Of a stretch of 64,000 bases of DNA, positions 37,950-52,835 are shown one piece after another. The number at the start of each line of letters is the position of its first letter. Within the stretch, counting starts at the first letter, position 1. Position numbers and translations under genes: made by a program. The DNA is from Octopus sinensis (lineage: Eukaryota): positions 3,596,001 to 3,660,000 of the forward strand of contig NC_043004.1 in the NCBI RefSeq assembly GCF_006345805.1, in the 5' to 3' direction. Below the pieces are notes generated by a model. The model made no database searches. It was not told the origin of the DNA and saw nothing but the letters and a program-made list of their open reading frames with translations.

Positions 37950-38879
37950 CTGTACTACTGTATGTGCTAGTATTTGTTTGTGTGTCTGTTCGTATGCGTA
38001 CGATTCTCTGTGTGTGTGTGTGTGTGTGTAATATGTGCCAGGAGACGAGAAGGCAAAGCGAACGAAAAATATAAATAAATATAAAAAGTGAATAAAAAGA
38101 AATGAAGGACAACGGAGCAAATGCATGATGGAAGCGAATGAAGGCAGTGAACAAGTTGAATGAAAATAAATGACAGACGGAGAACATGCAATTTTCAGAA
38201 TTCTCGAAGAAGAAGAATATAAAAATAATAACTGCTACAAGCTGGGCTTAATTTCATAAGAAAGAGCGACAAAAAAAAAGTAACGCCTAATAACTGTATT
38301 AAATGTGTAACTTGTGTGCAATGGAATGACTGTCTTGGAAACTTGGAGTAATGAGTCTAATTTCACAGATGGGAGAATTCATTATCGTATTTCGGAATAC
38401 AGATCTTTTTTGTTGTGTTGTTGTTGTTGTTGTGGATGTTTTAGTTTGGCTATTTGTTCGCTTGTTTGTTTGTTTTCGTTTTTACAAGAACACTCTCAGT
38501 GTTAAAGGAAAGTAAATCTGTGTTCAATAGCTGTGTGAAGTATTTAATGTCGGAAAATGGCAACGACACTCAAAATGTTTTTGCATCATCTCACACTGTT
38601 CGTCGTTTCTCTCTTTCTTCGCACTATTCACCAAAATCCAGCCCGATCGCCCATCCGCCACTCCCCCACCTCCTTATCCTTGTAATTTTTTTAATTTTTG
38701 TTTCTACCATCACTCTCTCACTCTTTCTCTCCTCCTCCTCCTCTCTCTTTCTTCCTTCTTCATCTATAAATTTGTCTAAGCTTCTCTTTTTTTTTTAACT
38801 CCACAATACTTATTTTCTTCTCACAGCTTGAAATTTTCCAGCAGTTTCTTTTTATACCTCAGCGTTATAACAGCATGTA

Positions 38880-41070
<2,191 letters not shown>

Positions 41071-41270
41071 AAAGATGAATAATCTTGTAGTAGATTAATC
41101 AAAGTTTAACCGATACCTTGGCAGCAAAAATCACAGCAGTAAACAGCACGGTTGGAGGTACAACCATATGGTGTTGCAACCGTGCGTTGGTGCGGATAAT
41201 TGAAATTAAAATATTATTGGTGAATTGAAGAAATGGAGCTGAACGCAGATTGAACAGAAATCGTTTTATT

Positions 41271-41356
41271 TCATTCTACACGTGTTTCGAAAGGCACAAT
41301 TTACCAAAATCCGATTGAATAATGGGACCATATTGTGTCTTTCTCTTCAGGAAGAG
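41271..41356 (-). ncRNA. Type I hammerhead ribozyme with intact catalytic core
   Basis: CUCUUC-CUGAAGA-[GAAAGACACAAU...AUUGUGCCUUUC, 11/12 bp helix II]-GAAA-CACGUG-UA-GAAUGA; helix III is the palindrome ACACGUGU; GUA triplet; AAUAAA immediately downstream. Confidence 0.75.
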
Positions 41357-41394
41357 ATAGGAAATCCGTTGGAAAAAACAAAAACAGAATTCAC

Positions 41395-41437
<43 letters not shown>

Positions 41438-41613
41438 GTATATGTATATGTATATATATATGTATATGTATATATATGTATATGTATATGTATATATATA
41501 TGTATATGTATATATATGTATATGTATATATGTATGTATATGTATGTATATGTATATATATATGTATATGTATATGTATATATATATATATGTATGTATA
41601 TGTGTATATGTAT

Positions 41614-41831
41614 TACTCTTCTACTCTTTTCAGTCCTTTTGACTGCGGCCATGCTGGAGCACCGACTTTAGTCGAGCAAATCGACCCGGGACTTATTCTT
41701 TGTAAGCCCAGTATTATTTCTATCGGTCTCTTTTGCCGAAACCGCTAAGTGACGGGGAGTGTAAAACACCAGCATCGGTTGTCAAGCGATTGTTGGGGGG
41801 ACTAACACAGACACACAAACACACACACGCC

Positions 41832-41901
<70 letters not shown>

Positions 41902-42067
41902 TACGACGGGCTTCTTTCAGTTTCCGTCTCCCAAATCCTCTCACAAGGCTTTGGTCGGCCCGAGGCTATAGTAGAAGACACTTGCCCCAAGGTGCCACGC
42001 AGTGGGATGAACCCGGAACCATGTGGTTGGTAAACTAGCCACTTACCACACAGCCACACCTGCGCCC
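41614..42067 (-). mobile_element. SINE family A, full length
   Basis: Close match to the other copies. Confidence 0.9.
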
Positions 42068-42257
42068 TATATGTATATGTATGTATATAAACATGTGTAT
42101 GTATATATGTATATATATATATATGTATGTATATATATATATGTATATATGTATGTATATGTATATATGTATATATGTATGTATATGTATATATGTATAT
42201 ATATCTATATGTATATGTATATATGTATGTATATGTACATATGTATATATATGTATG

Positions 42258-42294
<37 letters not shown>

Positions 42295-42636
42295 GTATGT
42301 ATATATGTATATATATGTATGTGTATGTATGTATATATACATGTGTATGTATATATGTATATATGTATCTATATATGTATGTATATGTATGTATATATAC
42401 ATGTGTATGTATATATGTATATATATATGTGTATGTATATATGTATATATATATATATGTATGTATATATATATATGTGTGTGTGTGTATGCATGCATGT
42501 ATATACATATATCAAATAGTGGGTAAAAACAAATAAGAGATGGGAAATGTAAAACACTCCTTAGCGAACACGATTAAATGTAAACAGTGGAAGTATGAGC
42601 TGTTATTCTGGATTTTACTACTACTACTGATGCTTC

Positions 42637-42668
<32 letters not shown>

Positions 42669-42681
42669 TCATTATTATTAT

Positions 42682-42880
42682 CGACGAGCTAGCAGAATCG
42701 TTACCACGTCGGGCAAAATGCTTAGCAGCACTCGTTCGTCTTCACGTTCTGAGTTCAAAATCCGCCGAGGTCCACTTTGCCTATCATCCATTCTGGGTCG
42801 ATAAAGTAAGTACCAGTCAAATACTGGGGTTGATGTATTCGACTGTCCTCTTCCCCCACCCCGCCGCCCCACATTTTGCC
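42682..42880 (+). mobile_element. SINE family B
   Basis: gagctagcagaatcgttacc...gagttcaaaatcc; preceded by (CTA)/(TTA) repeats. Confidence 0.8.
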
Positions 42881-43049
42881 TCATACCTTTGTAATGATTT
42901 GCGGCTTATTTACTCGCTTAGGATGTTTTAATAAACATTTTGTTGTATGTATTGTTGTTGCCGATGTAAGTAAGAAGAAAGTGGAGCGGCCCTTCCATTT
43001 TTCGCTCACTTATGGCGCCACAACAATTTAACTACGATATTGTTCACAG

Positions 43050-43231
43050 ATATTTCAAAAACTGATGAATCTTTAAAATAACGTCGAGTGATGAAAAGAT
43101 GGGATGACGGGACAAGAATTACAGAGGAAGTTGAAGAACCTCCTCATTCAAATTTACAAGCGACAATTTTCCACTTTCCTGTTGAAAGTTGGAAGCGGAA
43201 ATACGTGCCCCCATACAACGGTAGCAACAAC
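43050..43231 (+). other. Candidate first coding exon (ATG at 43091, 47 codons, phase-0 GTAAGT donor)
   Basis: In-frame stop upstream of the ATG; MKRWDDGTRITEEVEEPPHSNLQATIFHFPVESWKRKYVPPYNGSNN; no recognisable homology. Confidence 0.2.
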
Positions 43232-43269
43232 GTAAGTAACGACCGAAATCGCAATAGCAATAGCACTGT

Positions 43270-43395
43270 TCGTTGTTAACACAACGTTTTGGCCGATATA
43301 CCTTCCAGCCTTCATCGGGTGTCTTGGGGAAACGGTGCGTTAACAACAAACAAGATGAGGACAAATATCCGTCAAATGTAAATGATGTAAATAAT
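43270..43395. mobile_element. Penelope-like terminal repeat in inverted arrangement, with a decayed hammerhead (43279-43323, minus strand)
   Basis: GACAC-CCGAUGA-A-GGCUG...CGGCC-AAAAC-GUU-GUGUU; the gaaacg..gttaacaac segment recurs on the opposite strand. Confidence 0.6.
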
Positions 43396-43921
43396 ATTTT
43401 TTCGTTGGTATCTCATAAAATTGGTACAACTTCAAGAGTAAATATGTAGATATTGTGGAAGCAAAACATGAAAACAAAACAGAAACCCAATCAAACTATC
43501 CATTTGTATCAGGAGTTTAAAGGAGCATGCGCCTGATTTCAACAAGTAGAAGATAGCCGACAATTGCAGATCATACAGAAAATGAACAAGAAATTATGCA
43601 TAGCTTAGGAGCGTCATACTCAAAAACCTAAATAAATCTAAAATCTGTCTAAATGTCGGGTCAGAGAGATTCACTAAATGTCATCACATTGACAAATACC
43701 TCCTGAAACACTAGAAATCATGATACCACGTGATGACAATGAGCATGTACTTTCTCTATTTCCCTCTTCAGTTTTAACCCACTTGTAACAAGCACTCCCG
43801 ATTTCACTTCACACTCGTTGATATTTTCAACCTTTTATCTTTATATACTTATTTCCATATAACAGAGTAGGTCATTGCCTATTTACCATTAACAGTCTTC
43901 TCTCCTCTTCTCTTCTCTCTC

Positions 43922-43953
<32 letters not shown>

Positions 43954-44027
43954 TAATCTATATATATATATATAGGAAGGAGAGAGAAGAGATTTATATG
44001 TATGTTTGTATGTATGTATGTATGTAT

Positions 44028-45173
44028 ATTGGGTCATCTTATAAATAATGCGGTTTTTTCAATTGCATGAACTAAAAGACGGAGGGGAACGGGATAAACT
44101 ACCTGCATCAATATGCTATAAAAGCAGGTAGTAATTTTAGCTTGTCCTTATTCTTAGTGCAATTCAGTTTTAACAGCTATTTTTTCAAAGCTATAATGGA
44201 AGTGATAAACGAGCACATTCGGCATATCTTGCTTTATGAGTTTAATAATGGCAACAACGCAACGGAAAGTGTGAGGACTATTAATGCAGTATATCGGACA
44301 ATAAGCGTAAGCCAGTGTCGGTTCCAAAAATTCCGAGCCGGAAACTACAACCTAGAAGACGAGTCTCGTCCTAAAAGATCTGTAGCGCTCGACGAAGACA
44401 TCCTGCAAACTCTGGTGGAGCAAAATCCCATCATGACTGTTGAGGAACTAGCAGAGAAGCTTGGATTTGAACATTCAACTATTCATCGACACTTGCGTGC
44501 CTTCGAAAAAATCAGCAAATTGGGTCAATGGGTTCCTCACAAACTTTCCGAATCTAATCGCACGCAGAGAGTGAATGCGTGCTCATCTTTGCTGTCAAGT
44601 CTCAGAAAGGAACCTTTTTTTTTAACCGAATAGTGATTGGTGACGAAGACAGTAGGTAGGGAAAGGGGAAACACGGGCACTTCAGGCTGAAGAAGGTCTT
44701 CACCCATGTATGGTTTGGTCAGATATGTTTTGCCACTTTGAACTTTTAAACCCAAATCAAACGATAACAAAGGAGATCTACTGAGAGTAACTTGAGCGGC
44801 TTAAGTTAGCGTTAAAAGAAAAAGGACCATCTTTGGTTTCAAGACGAAAGGTGTTCTTCCATCAGGATAATGCTCGGCCACGTACAGCGAGGATGACATT
44901 CGCCGGACATTACCCCATCTGATTATCATTTATTCTGCAGTCTTCAGAATCATTTGGACGGAAAAAATATGAATTCTGTAGACGAAGCCAAACAGTAGCG
45001 GAGGAGTATTTTTCGTCACAGACAAGTGAATTTTGGAAGAGGGGCCTTGTAAGCCTACCAGATGTAGAAAATGAAAGAGAGTATGTTTTAGATGAAAAAA
45101 GAACTTTGTTTATCTTGATTTTAAAAAAGAAAAGAAGTATTTAAAAAACGCATTATTTATAGGATGACTCAAT
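44028..45173 (+). mobile_element. Full-length decayed mariner (DD34D) element
   Basis: About 30-bp TIRs (attgggtcatcttataaataatgcg / cgcattatttataggatgactcaat); transposase from ATG 44196 with WVPHKL, IVIGDE, HQDNARP and SPDITPSDYHLF; frameshifts, stops and an internal deletion. Confidence 0.95.
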
Positions 45174-45264
45174 GCACATATAAACACACATTCCGACATA
45201 CATTTTCACCCATATTCTTCGAAAAACCTAGAATATAGCACACACCTAAGAACTGCAATAAATA

Positions 45265-45606
45265 TTGGTTTCAAAGGAAGTTTGGGGGAAGGAATAAGTC
45301 GATTATTCCTTATTTTATCGTCCCCGAATGGATGAAAGGTAAAGTTGACCTCGGCGGAATTTGAACTCAGAACGTAACAGCAGACGAAATACCTATTTCT
45401 TTACTACCCACAACGGGCTAAACACAGAGAGGACAAACAAGGACAGACAAACGGATTAAGTCGATTATATCGACCCCAGTGCGTAACTGGTTCTTAATAT
45501 ATCGACCCCGAAAGGATGAAAAGCAAAGTCGACCTCGGCGGAATTTGAACTCAGAACGTAGCATTCCGCCCGGCGTGCTAACGATTCTGCCAGCTCACCA
45601 CCTTAA
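45265..45606 (-). mobile_element. SINE family B, dimeric form
   Basis: Central motif duplicated; same architecture as 50195-50545 and 58958-59357. Confidence 0.9.
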
Positions 45607-46316
45607 GAACCGCAATAAATATTAGGAAAAATTATTTATGAGAAAAAGTTTAAAGTGATTTCTTTTGTGCCGTAAACCATTCACCATTTCTGTGGTACCC
45701 CCCTATTCCTTTAATGCCTTAATCACTTGCTTGTTTTACATAATGATTCACCCAGCGCTGACTACGCGTCGAATTTTAGAAATGCCTTCCATATTTCCAC
45801 TGTTCCACTCAGAGACGTAAGCTCTATGGTTTATGCAGGAAATCTCAACCAAAAATAATTTTCTTGGCCATTCAGAGACACCGTGAGCCCTAACTGGAGA
45901 CGAAATAAAAAACATTATCTTTTTGGGTCACAGTTCCGAACCACTTTTCCCTCCAAAAATATTTTGTCAGTCATTTTCAAACATCGATGGCCTGTATTAA
46001 AATATAATTCGTCAGAATATTTCGATCTCGTAATCTTATTATCTCAATTCTTTAATGTCCACATTCCAAATCGTCTTCATTTTTCTTTGGAATTAAGGCT
46101 TTTTGCTTCGATTTTTACTCCGCTTTCGCTCGTTTCTTCTCTCTCTTTCTCTCTCCCTCCCTCTCGCTCTCCCTCTCTCTCTCTCTCTTGACATCCCTAT
46201 CTTTTTCATCTATTTCTCTTTCTCTTTTTCCCTCTCTTCTTTCCCTCCTTTTCTCACCTTTGTCTTCCTTTCTCTCACATTCCCTTTTATAAACCACTTC
46301 TGTTTCAATCAACAAT

Positions 46317-46347
<31 letters not shown>

Positions 46348-46731
46348 TCACACGCACATGCACACAAAGACACGCAAACGAACACACACATGCACACCAA
46401 GACACGCAACCGAGCACACACAAACCCGTCCGCACAAATTAACTCTTCCTTTCTCACACACATGCTAACTCTCTCACACACATACACCCACTCACGCACA
46501 AATTCGCTCTTACACTCATACATTCCATCACACACACACACAACACACACACTATCTCCACCTGTTTATCTAACTTCTGGGCCTTCGGTTCTGGTTTTCT
46601 TTTAGTATTTTTACAGTGGAAAGATAGCGTGAGATGGTTGAAGATAATAATTTACCAAACATTTAGAACCACCAACTCAGCATCCAAAATGCAAAACACT
46701 CGCCAATTTAGTTTTTTCTTTTTACTTTCCA

Positions 46732-46785
<54 letters not shown>

Positions 46786-47522
46786 CATTATTATTATTGA
46801 TGTTGTTGTTATGAATTTTATTGTTGTTGTTGTCGTTTTTGCAGTCGTTGCTGTTGTTCTTGTCGCTTGTTTGTTTTTGTTTGTTTCACTCTGGTGGCGT
46901 TTATCCATATGTATGGAGGTGTTATTATCAGGTCCTATGTCACGGTCTATCAACTAAGAGACAACATCCAAACGATACATTGACAGACTCCGCCAAACCA
47001 ATGGGAATTGAAAATTCGAAAATCTTCAGTTTTGGCCTACAGCTTCAATTTGATAATAACAACCTAGCTTTAACATTTTCCCTTCTTTTCTTTTCTTTTT
47101 TTTCTTTTTCTGTTTTTTCTGGGTTTTTTTGTTTTTTTGTCTTTAAAAGTTCCTTCGAAAACTAAATTCTTTATATCTTTTTTTTTTTACTTTTCGTTTT
47201 CTGTTTGTTTTGCTTTTATTTTTTGTTTTTTTGTTTTTTTCTCTTTTTGGTTATTGGAAATTATTAATGCGGCAATATATGTAGAAAAAGAGTTTTCTTT
47301 AAAATAAATGTGCAAACGCAGACTGTAGCAAAGATAAAACTGTAACGAAGACTCAAGTTGGCAGGTCGTGAAGTGTTGGTAATGAATGCCGAAACAGCGA
47401 AAGAAATGGTGTAATTATCAAAATTCTGTTCCTTCTGTAGAGAAAAGCATAAAATATACAGTGTTTACGTTCATACACAAAAATATTTCCTATATGTGTG
47501 TGTGTGTGTGAATGTATGTGTT

Positions 47523-47570
<48 letters not shown>

Positions 47571-47943
47571 TAGGTATTCGTGTTAGTGTGTGTGAATGTA
47601 GATGAGTATACATACATATGCACAATGCACATATATATATATATATGCATGAGTGTACATATATTTATGCATATAAATACGTATATATACATATACGCAT
47701 ATATGTATGCGTGTGTGTGTATAGTATATACAATATATGCGTGTGTATATATGGATATTTATTAAAGCAAGTTGTGTGTTTGTCTTGCTATACGAGCGAA
47801 ACCTGAAGATTGTAATGGCGGAACACTCGAGTCACGAGACAACCCCTTTTTTAGTTTCCGTATAAAAAGCCATATTCTCTAAAACATGTGTTGAATATAC
47901 CCTTCGTATGCCTTCGACATAAATCGTGTGTGTGTGTGTGTGT

Positions 47944-47975
<32 letters not shown>

Positions 47976-47984
47976 GAGGACCAC

Positions 47985-48180
47985 AGGACCTAGTGACTAA
48001 GATGTTGGACTCACGATTCTGAAATTGTGGTTTCGATTCCTAGCCCGGGCGTGGTGCGTTGTTTTCTTAAGCAAAACATTTCATCTCGCGTTGATCTGCG
48101 ATTTCTTCGAACTCCTGACGTAAGGTACACAGTGGTGCACCTATTCAGGTAACATCGATTTGATGGACTGGAGTGAGCTA
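47985..48180 (+). mobile_element. SINE family C
   Basis: ctagtgactaagatgttggactc...ggtttcgattcc...ttcttaagcaaaacatttcatc. Confidence 0.7.
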
Positions 48181-48187
48181 AGGTATA

Positions 48188-48615
48188 TCTCTCTTTTACT
48201 CTTTTACTTGTTTCAGTCATTTGACTGTGGCCATGCTGGAGCACCGCCTTTAATCGAGCAACTCGACCTCGGGACTTATTCTTTTATAAGCCCAGTACTT
48301 ATTCTATCGGTCTCTTTTGCCGAACCGCTAGGTAACGGGGACATAAACACACCAGCATCGGTTGTCAAGCAATGCTAGGGGGACAAACACAGACACACAA
48401 ACACACACACGTATACATATATATATAATATATCTATATATATATATATATATATACGACGGCTTCTTTCAGTTTCCGTCTACCAAATCCACTCACAAGG
48501 CTTTGTCGGGGGCCGAGGCTATAGTAGAAGACACTTGCCCAAGGTGCCATGCAGTGGGACTGAACCCGGAACCATGTGGTTGGTAAACAAGCTACTTACC
48601 ACACAGCCACTCCTG
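48188..48615 (-). mobile_element. SINE family A, full length
   Basis: Close match to the other copies. Confidence 0.9.
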
Positions 48616-48621
48616 AATATA

Positions 48622-48679
<58 letters not shown>

Positions 48680-48689
48680 GTGAGAATTT

Positions 48690-49070
48690 ACAAAAAAAAC
48701 AACAAAAGACGAAGACGGGCGTGTAAACAACAAACATATGTATTAGTTTAACGCTCGGGAAGTGAGAAAGTCTTTTACGTTTCCAACCTATGCTCTTCGA
48801 CAAAAAGGAACAGATATAAACAAGGAGAGGAAATAGAAAAAGGTTTAGTGGCTAACGATCTATCATGGCGAATGCCGGACAGAGGGGTCACACAGGAGTG
48901 CTAGGAAGAAGGGGAGATAATAAAGTAGTGGTGATCCCAAAACGAAGGTGCGCGTGCGTATGGATGGGGGCTAGTGACCTTGACGTGTGCGTGTGTGTAG
49001 GTATGTGGATGATGGTGTAGGTTCTGGGAAGTGGTCAGTGCTAGTGTGTGCGGGGTTGTATGATGTGATA
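48690..49070 (-). mobile_element. Penelope-like terminal-repeat remnant
   Basis: Minus strand cuuuuugucgaagagc...gaaacguaaaag followed by gagcgttaaactaatac, homologous in layout to 36240-36350. Confidence 0.5.
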
Positions 49071-49106
49071 TATATATATATATATTTATACATATAGATA
49101 TATATA

Positions 49107-49160
<54 letters not shown>

Positions 49161-49339
49161 TATATGAATGAACGGCGGTGCATCAGCATGGCCGCAGCTC
49201 TGAGCTGAAACTAAAAAAGAAGCGAAAATGTATGTGTGTAATTTTCAATTAATATTCCGCGTCAATACACAGAACAATACAGTACAAACAAAATAATCCG
49301 AGGGTTCTTTCTTCGTTCCGATGCACCGGAAATGTGTTG

Positions 49340-49740
49340 TGTTTTTTTTAACTTCTTATTCAGGTTTAGTTGTTCATGTCAATTTCAAAAATCATAACCC
49401 TTTTTCTAAGAAAAGAGTTTTGAATCTCTAGTGGTTGAATGTTTTAGGAATATCAGTCAATCAGATGCAACCAATCTTGACACACCGGAAGTCAAAATTC
49501 CCATTCCATAGCAACGTACTAGGACTATACTAATATAAACCAATCATTGACGCCAGCAAGAGTGACTGAATATAGACTTCCTGAAATCCCTACTACATAT
49601 GTGTAAAGATTTTCAAAACAATCCGACCTGGCCTGTCAAAGCGAGATGGTTCTAAGATTCAAAATTAAAATGAACAACACAGAGCTACGCGATGAAGTGA
49701 GAGCTAAAGAAACAAGCTATGCCGATGTTGTGATTTCAAA
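49340..49740. mobile_element. Possible Helentron-associated non-autonomous element
   Basis: Contains a tgtgtaaagattttcaaaacaatccga-type motif recalled from such elements; boundaries not defined. Confidence 0.3.
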
Positions 49741-50194
49741 TTTCCTATCTACATCTTATCTTCCTGTTAATTGAACATGATTTCGGGTTACCTACTCTTA
49801 ACTTGAAGTCGTGTCCAGGTAACCGGCAGTTAGGATGAAATCGATTTCAGTTTACCGTCGAGTCTCGATTAAACGTAATTTCACCCGGAATCAATGATTC
49901 TACGCCATTTCCTCAAATAATTCTTCAATGTCTTTCGGTCCTTCAAATGAGCGCCGTAACAGACCTTTTACAGTGCATGTTCCAGCTCTTTATGCTCTGA
50001 TTTCAAACTCTACAGAGGTCAACATTAACTTCAATTGTAACAGTGATGAGATCATCTTTTATATTTTGCTTATATCAGTCAGTGGTCTACGGCCATGCTG
50101 GGGCACCGCCTTGATCGTTGGTGTCAATTAACTCTCCCTCCTAAAACTTCCAGATCTTGTACTTATATTAGAAACAATTACCTATATATAATAA

Positions 50195-50545
50195 GGTGGC
50201 GAGTTGGCAGAATCGTTAGCACGCCGGGCGAAATGCTTAGCGGTATTTCGTCTGCCGTTACGTTCAGAGTTCAAATTCCGCCGAGGTCGACTTTGCCTTT
50301 CATCCTTTCGGGGTCGATTAAATAAGTACCAGTTATGCACTGGGGTAAATATAATCGACTTAATCCGTTTGTCTGTCCTTGTTTGTCCCCTCTGTGTGTA
50401 GCCCCTTGTGGGCAGTAAAGAAATAGGTATTTCGTCTGTCTTTAAGATCTGAGTTCAAATTCCGCCGAGGTCGACTTTAGATTTTATCCTTTCGGGGTCT
50501 ATCTAATCGACTGGCCCCCTCCCCAAAAATGTTCGGGCCTTGTGC
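50195..50545 (+). mobile_element. SINE family B, dimeric form
   Basis: Head plus a second monomer starting ggtatttcgtctgtc; ends gggccttgtgcctagagtagaaaaga. Confidence 0.9.
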
Positions 50546-51324
50546 CTAGAGTAGAAAAGAATTATCTATATATGGTGAAAAGTTCAAGAAAACATTCCAT
50601 GTGGTGAATGTAATGAAAAATATAAAAAGAATGAAAATATACAGAAGTTTATATTGGCTTAGATATACATTTTTTTATGAAATAAAATTTACATAGCTAA
50701 CCGATTTCGCTTATGCTAATCATGAATAAGTACTTAATGATAATGTTGCAATTTCATGTGATCATAATGAATTTTAACTCTCGATGTTCTTTACGAGGTT
50801 CAACTCTGCAAAAAGCCTAACTAGAAATTAGATATTTGTAGGAAGTCCTATAAACCAATTTAATTCTGATTAACAGATTATAAAAATCCCGACAATGGAC
50901 AATATTGAAAAAAATACAATAACTGCAAACAATATTTAAAGAAATGTTGCATTTTATACATTTATCGATCAGAAGAATTTAAGAAGTTGAATCAAAGGAG
51001 ATAAAGAGCGAAACTATCGATGTATGATTGATTGCTGTATTTCAGGTGTGCATAAGGTAAACGTGTATTAATCAGGGAGAAAGCGTTTGAGATTCATTCT
51101 TCTTTTGCTTGTTTCAGTCATTTCACTGCGGCTATGCTAGAGTACCGCCTTTAATCGAACAAATCGACCCCAGGACTTATTATTTGTAAGCCTAGTACTT
51201 ATTCCGTCGGTTTCTCTTTTGCCGAATCACTAAGTTACGGGGACGTAAACACATCAACATCGGTTGTCAAACAATAGTGGGGGCATAAACACAGACGCAC
51301 AAATACATACAAACACACACGCAC

Positions 51325-51411
<87 letters not shown>

Positions 51412-51419
51412 ATATAAAT

Positions 51420-51858
51420 ATAAAGTGGTGGTATGCTGTCAACTTAATGTGACAGTCCCATGAAAGGGAATAATACTACTGCTATTTAGCCTAGGAAGCA
51501 GCACCGCTTCCTGTCGGCCTTGACACATTTCCTGTGTTCTTATGTTTACAAAGGAGGAGATAAGTACCTCCACCCAGCAAAGCCAGCATCTAGAGACAAG
51601 TTTCTGAGTCATTGCTCATCATTTCACCAGAATTATTATATGTTTACAGGAACAGACAGGCATCGACAGCTAGCAAGCTATGCTACTCCAGACTGATGAC
51701 GAGCAATGACTCAAAAACTAGTCTCTGGATGCTGGCTGTGTCAAGGCCGTCAGGAAGGCCGACAGGAAGCTGTGCTACTTCTTAGGGCTAAATAGCAGTA
51801 GTATTTATTCCCTTTCATGGGACTGTCACATTAAGTTGATAGCATACCACCACTTTAT
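51420..51858. mobile_element. Foldback element made of two inverted hammerhead-bearing repeats (Penelope-like)
   Basis: About 105-bp outer inverted arms plus about 40-bp inner inverted arms (51582-51623 versus 51695-51736). Confidence 0.8.
51687..51729 (+). ncRNA. Type I hammerhead fold with a G12A substitution
   Basis: UCCAGA-CUGAUGA-CGAG-CAAUGA-CUCA-AAAAC-UA-GUC-UCUGGA; 6-bp helix I; palindromic helix III ACUAGU; the mirror copy retains UGAG/CUCA and GAAAC. Confidence 0.7.
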
Positions 51859-52299
51859 CGTGTTCCTACTATATAAACCTCTACCAAATCCACTCACAAG
51901 GCTTTGGTCGGCCCGAGGCTATAGTAGAAGACACTTGCCCAAAATGTCACACAGTGGGACTGAACCCAGAACCATGTAGTTCGGAAGCAAGCCTCTTACG
52001 ACACAGCCACGCCTGCGCCTTAGTAAAAAAAAAATACAAAACATGATGCATCGTAAATATTTGACTTCATCATTGTAGATAAATCAGACGGTGGGGTATT
52101 ATGAATAGTGCAGGGGTATATTACATCAGATTCAGGCTAACCCCGGGGATGGAATGGGAGCAGTTTTCAGTTACCGGAAGTTAAAATAGGGGGTTGCTAG
52201 AAAGTCTTACAATGGCAACGTCTCACAACATATCAAAGTTATCGAACAGAATCGCTTACATTCATCGGTCTTTGAGCGAATCGTAACAGTGATGAGATC

Positions 52300-52775
52300 A
52301 TCTTTTATCTTTTACTTATTTCAGTCAATGGTCTGCGGCCATGCTGAAGCACACCGTTGAAGGATTTAGTCGGACAAATCAACACCAGTACTTACTTGTT
52401 AAGCTTAGTACTTCTTTTATCTGCCAAACTGCTTAGTTACGGGGACATAGACAAACCAACACCGGTTGTCGAACGAAGTGGAGACAAACACATAGACAAA
52501 GATACACGCATACACACACACATATATGAGTGTGTTTGTGTGTGTATGCATGTATGTATACATATATATATACATATAATATATATATATATATATAGGC
52601 ACACACACACACACACACACGATGGGCTTCTTTCAGTTTTCCCATACCAAATCCACTCACAAGGCTTCTGTCATCCCGAGAACACAGTAGAAAATACTTG
52701 TCCAAGGTTCCACACAGTGGGACTGAAACCGGAACCATGTGGTTGGAAAGCAAGTGACTACCACAGCCATGCCTG
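52300..52775 (-). mobile_element. SINE family A, diverged
   Basis: Head and tail recognisable. Confidence 0.8.
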
Positions 52776-52788
52776 TGTATATATATAC

Positions 52789-52835
<47 letters not shown>

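Larger units (their letters stand above)
51097..52020 (-). mobile_element. SINE family A interrupted in its internal microsatellite by a foldback element
   Basis: Tail at 51097-51350, head at 51875-52020. Confidence 0.85.
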
